DNA of 64,000 nt from an uncultured virus (IMG/VR IMGVR_UViG_3300021401_000002) (Duplodnaviria; Heunggongvirae; Uroviricota; Caudoviricetes), in IMG/VR virus record IMGVR_UViG_3300021401_000002; one strand, written 5' to 3'. The translations under genes and the position numbers were made by a program. Positions within the stretch are counted from its first letter, which is position 1. The number at the start of each line of letters is the position of its first letter. Of the stretch, positions 61,411 to 64,000 are shown one piece after another. The notes beneath the pieces were generated by a model that saw only the letters and a program-made list of their open reading frames with translations, ran no database searches and had not been told where the DNA came from.

Positions 61411-64000
61411 GAATAAGCCGCCTCCTTCGTCCGTTCGAACCCGGACCAGACCGCGAAACCGTTGCAGCCGCTGCCGACATCGAAAGCAAAAAACCTCTCT
61501 CAGAAGAGATGGGCTTCGAACGACCCTTCATGGTTGGCGTTTACGTAAATGGGCAATACAAAAGCTTCTTCGATGAATTGCATCTCAACCCAAACGATCC
61601 AGAGCGTGCATTCAAGGATGGTGGCTGCGTGCGTGAGTTCTTCAGGTGGCTAACGGAGTCGCCAGAAGGACGAAAACTTCAATATCGAGCGCGTAGCAAA
61701 AAACATCCAAAGGTCGTCATCTACGGACACAACCTCGGAGGGTTCGATGCCCTTCATTTCCTCAGATTGTTACGTAGACCAGAGTACGCCAGAGACTTCG
61801 ATGTTCGTATCATTGCCTCAGGCTCTCAACTGCTAGAGCTTGAAATCACTGAACGTGACTTCAAAGTAGAAAACGAAGATCGACCTTTCGATGATGACGA
61901 AGATGATTCCGCGCCTGTAGCAGACAAGGAAAAACAACCCAAAAGGCGTAGACTTCGTAAGTGGGTATTCCGAGACTCGATGAGACTCATGCCGGGCTCG
62001 CTAGATTCGATTGGAAAGAAGCTGGTACTAGACACGCGTAAAATCAAAATGAACGAATCTCTTGGCGGTCTTTCTACTCCTACCAAAGAGAGAAAAGCGT
62101 GGGAAGAATACAACAGTGTAGACTGCAAAACGGTAGTAGGGCTCGTGGATGAACTACGAAAACAACTCGACATATTGGGCGGTCATCTCAAAATGACACT
62201 CCCATCTTCATCGATGGACTTATTTAGACGCGAGTACCTAACACGATTCCTCAAAGCCGAGGTCATAGACGGAAAGCCTAATCCTTTTCATGGGAAACCA
62301 GGAATTCCTCGCGAAAGACACTTCCCCGGATGCCGATGCCTCTGTGGAATGTGCCGCCAGGAAAAATGCTTCAAAAGTTGCCCGAACGCTCAGCAAGAAA
62401 GACCTCCTTGTCCCGCAGCACCTTATGGGTGCCTACACGCATGGCTTTCGATCTCTCCAACCGGCGCTCGCAAGGGTGGACATACGGAAGTGTTTCACCA
62501 TCAAGAAAAGGAAGGAAAACTCAGATACTACGACCGCAACTCGAGCTACGCCGCCGCAATGACGGAGCCGATGCCACTCAAGCTTCAGTACTCCTTCGGA
62601 CCTGGACGAGGACCACAGACACTTGAAGAGTGCAAAGGGTATGCAGATGATGGACTCATTGGATTTGTAGAGGCCATCGTCTATATTCCAGAAACTGTCA
62701 ATATCCCTCCACTGGCAGTCATCTACGATGACAAACTAGTTTTCCCAGTGGGAACCTTTTATGGGCGTTGGGACTGGTGCGAGCTAAAACACATAGAAGA
62801 AATTGGAGGGCACATAGTTCTTATTCACCGAAGCGTTTGGTATCTATCGTCTCCGTTGATTAGATCGATGATGGAGGACATATTTGCAAAACGAGCGGAT
62901 GCCAAAGCAAAAAATAATAAGCCCATGTCTGAAACGTGCAAATTAGTAGGGAACTCTTTGTACGGAAAATTCTTGATGTCCCCCGAACGAGATGAGCTTT
63001 TCAGTGCTCCTATCGGAAGTGAACCAGAGGGCGCCCAAGCGGTATCACCCGAAGAACTCGCTTACGCCAAAGATGACGAGCCCATCTTATGGCGCAGACC
63101 AAAATACAACGAAGCTGATTACTTCTTGCCGCACATCGGATCTCACATCACCGCACTCGCCCGTGAAGCCCTGTGGCTTCAAATGCAAAAGGTCGAATCA
63201 CTTGGTGGTCGAGTATACTACTCAGACAGTGTCACTGGTGACCGTACAACCATAGTTCGCTCGCCGCAAAACCGAGTGATAATCGAACCAATCCAGAAAT
63301 TGTGGGAACGATTCAAGGCTGACAAAATCCCAGCAGAAAAAGAATTTGCCGTTACTGATAATTGGCAAGCGCTTGCAATGACCTCCGACGGCACACAGGG
63401 ATGGTTTCCACTAAAGCAAATTATTAGACACCAAACCCACAAGACGACGTGGCTAATTTCAAATAAGCAGGGCCAAACATCTGTAACCACAGATCATGGC
63501 ATTATGTGTGACCCCAGAACCGCAATCGTACCAGAAAAATTCGTTGCAAATGGTGCCAACTTTATCAAACTCAAAGCTACACCATCAACAAGAACAGATG
63601 AAACGATCGACCTGTTTGAATTTCTGAAAGACTTCAGTAGCAACAAATATGGCAATATAACAAATCTAGAGTTTGAAGCCCACGACGATTACATAACCAT
63701 AAAGGGCTGGCGAACCATCGGTGGAGAAGCGATAAAAGCGAACTTCATCATGAATCAACCACTCACGATTACTGCTAAACAAGTCGTCGAATTAGCCAAG
63801 AAATCCGGAATCAAAACCACAGAGAAATCCGTTATCAGTACGCGCAGTCGCATCAAAAAACACGGAGCGCGATCCTCTAACGCCAACGACGATGCCCACC
63901 GAGGCATTCATGGGGAAGTAAGATTCAAACGGTTCTACCGCCCAAATACCCCAGAAATCGGTGCACTCTTACGCCTACTTGGCGCTTACATTTCAGAAGG
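61407..64000 (+). CDS. polB: Family B DNA polymerase, protein-primed type (3'-truncated by window)
   Basis: Not in the ORF track. Hand translation gives DIES, HNLGGFD, FRDSMRLMPGSL, YNSVD, YDRNSSY, KLVGNSLYGKF, YYSD. Confidence 0.92.
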   Translation, partial: MRISRLLRPFEPGPDRETVAAAADIESKKPLSEEMGFERPFMVGVYVNGQYKSFFDELHLNPNDPERAFKDGGCVREFFRWLTESPEGRKLQYRARSKKHPKVVIYGHNLGGFDALHFLRLLRRPEYARDFDVRIIASGSQLLELEITERDFKVENEDRPFDDDEDDSAPVADKEKQPKRRRLRKWVFRDSMRLMPGSLDSIGKKLVLDTRKIKMNESLGGLSTPTKERKAWEEYNSVDCKTVVGLVDELRKQLDILGGHLKMTLPSSSMDLFRREYLTRFLKAEVIDGKPNPFHGKPGIPRERHFPGCRCLCGMCRQEKCFKSCPNAQQERPPCPAAPYGCLHAWLSISPTGARKGGHTEVFHHQEKEGKLRYYDRNSSYAAAMTEPMPLKLQYSFGPGRGPQTLEECKGYADDGLIGFVEAIVYIPETVNIPPLAVIYDDKLVFPVGTFYGRWDWCELKHIEEIGGHIVLIHRSVWYLSSPLIRSMMEDIFAKRADAKAKNNKPMSETCKLVGNSLYGKFLMSPERDELFSAPIGSEPEGAQAVSPEELAYAKDDEPILWRRPKYNEADYFLPHIGSHITALAREALWLQMQKVESLGGRVYYSDSVTGDRTTIVRSPQNRVIIEPIQKLWERFKADKIPAEKEFAVTDNWQALAMTSDGTQGWFPLKQIIRHQTHKTTWLISNKQGQTSVTTDHGIMCDPRTAIVPEKFVANGANFIKLKATPSTRTDETIDLFEFLKDFSSNKYGNITNLEFEAHDDYITIKGWRTIGGEAIKANFIMNQPLTITAKQVVELAKKSGIKTTEKSVISTRSRIKKHGARSSNANDDAHRGIHGEVRFKRFYRPNTPEIGALLRLLGAYISE
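63228..64000 (+). mobile_element. Intein in polymerase motif C with LAGLIDADG start
   Basis: YSD|SVTGDRT block A, VTTDHG block B, LLGAYISE at the window edge. Confidence 0.88.

Noticed and set aside
61826..63490. Short ORFs at the right end
   Set aside because: They lie within the unlisted polymerase frame starting at 61407

Overview
This window is part of a large bacterial virus genome (about 59% GC); myxobacterial-style lipoproteins and the ANDN- tmRNA tag hint at a Myxococcota host. Left 38 kb, almost all minus strand: small early-type genes, a VRR-NUC nuclease, RadA, and a long morphogenesis-like module. That module holds many single-TM, Gly/Pro/Gln/His-rich proteins, several peptidoglycan-binding-domain proteins, a candidate jelly-roll capsid protein, an intein-split transglutaminase-like Cys protease and spike/receptor-binding proteins. 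39.4-44.9 kb: a minus-strand array of 41 tRNA genes covering all 20 amino acids, with two HNH genes and several non-tRNA structured RNAs, one a circularly permuted tRNA mimic (Y-RNA/YrlA-like). The array is headed by what looks like a ribosome-coupled attenuator whose 67-aa leader peptide uses all 20 amino acids and 45 different codons. 50-53 kb: an RHH repressor, a Cas12m-family effector with an intact D-E-D RuvC triad, and a 9-repeat CRISPR array; a solitary repeat lies in frame inside another gene at 58.0 kb. Right end: tmRNA and a protein-primed-type family B DNA polymerase with an intein, truncated by the window edge. A pseudo-palindrome GAAGAGGTCTTC and its 8-mer core are strongly over-represented throughout. 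No terminase, portal, packaging ATPase or cas1/cas2 was recognised. All calls were made by eye, without database searches.
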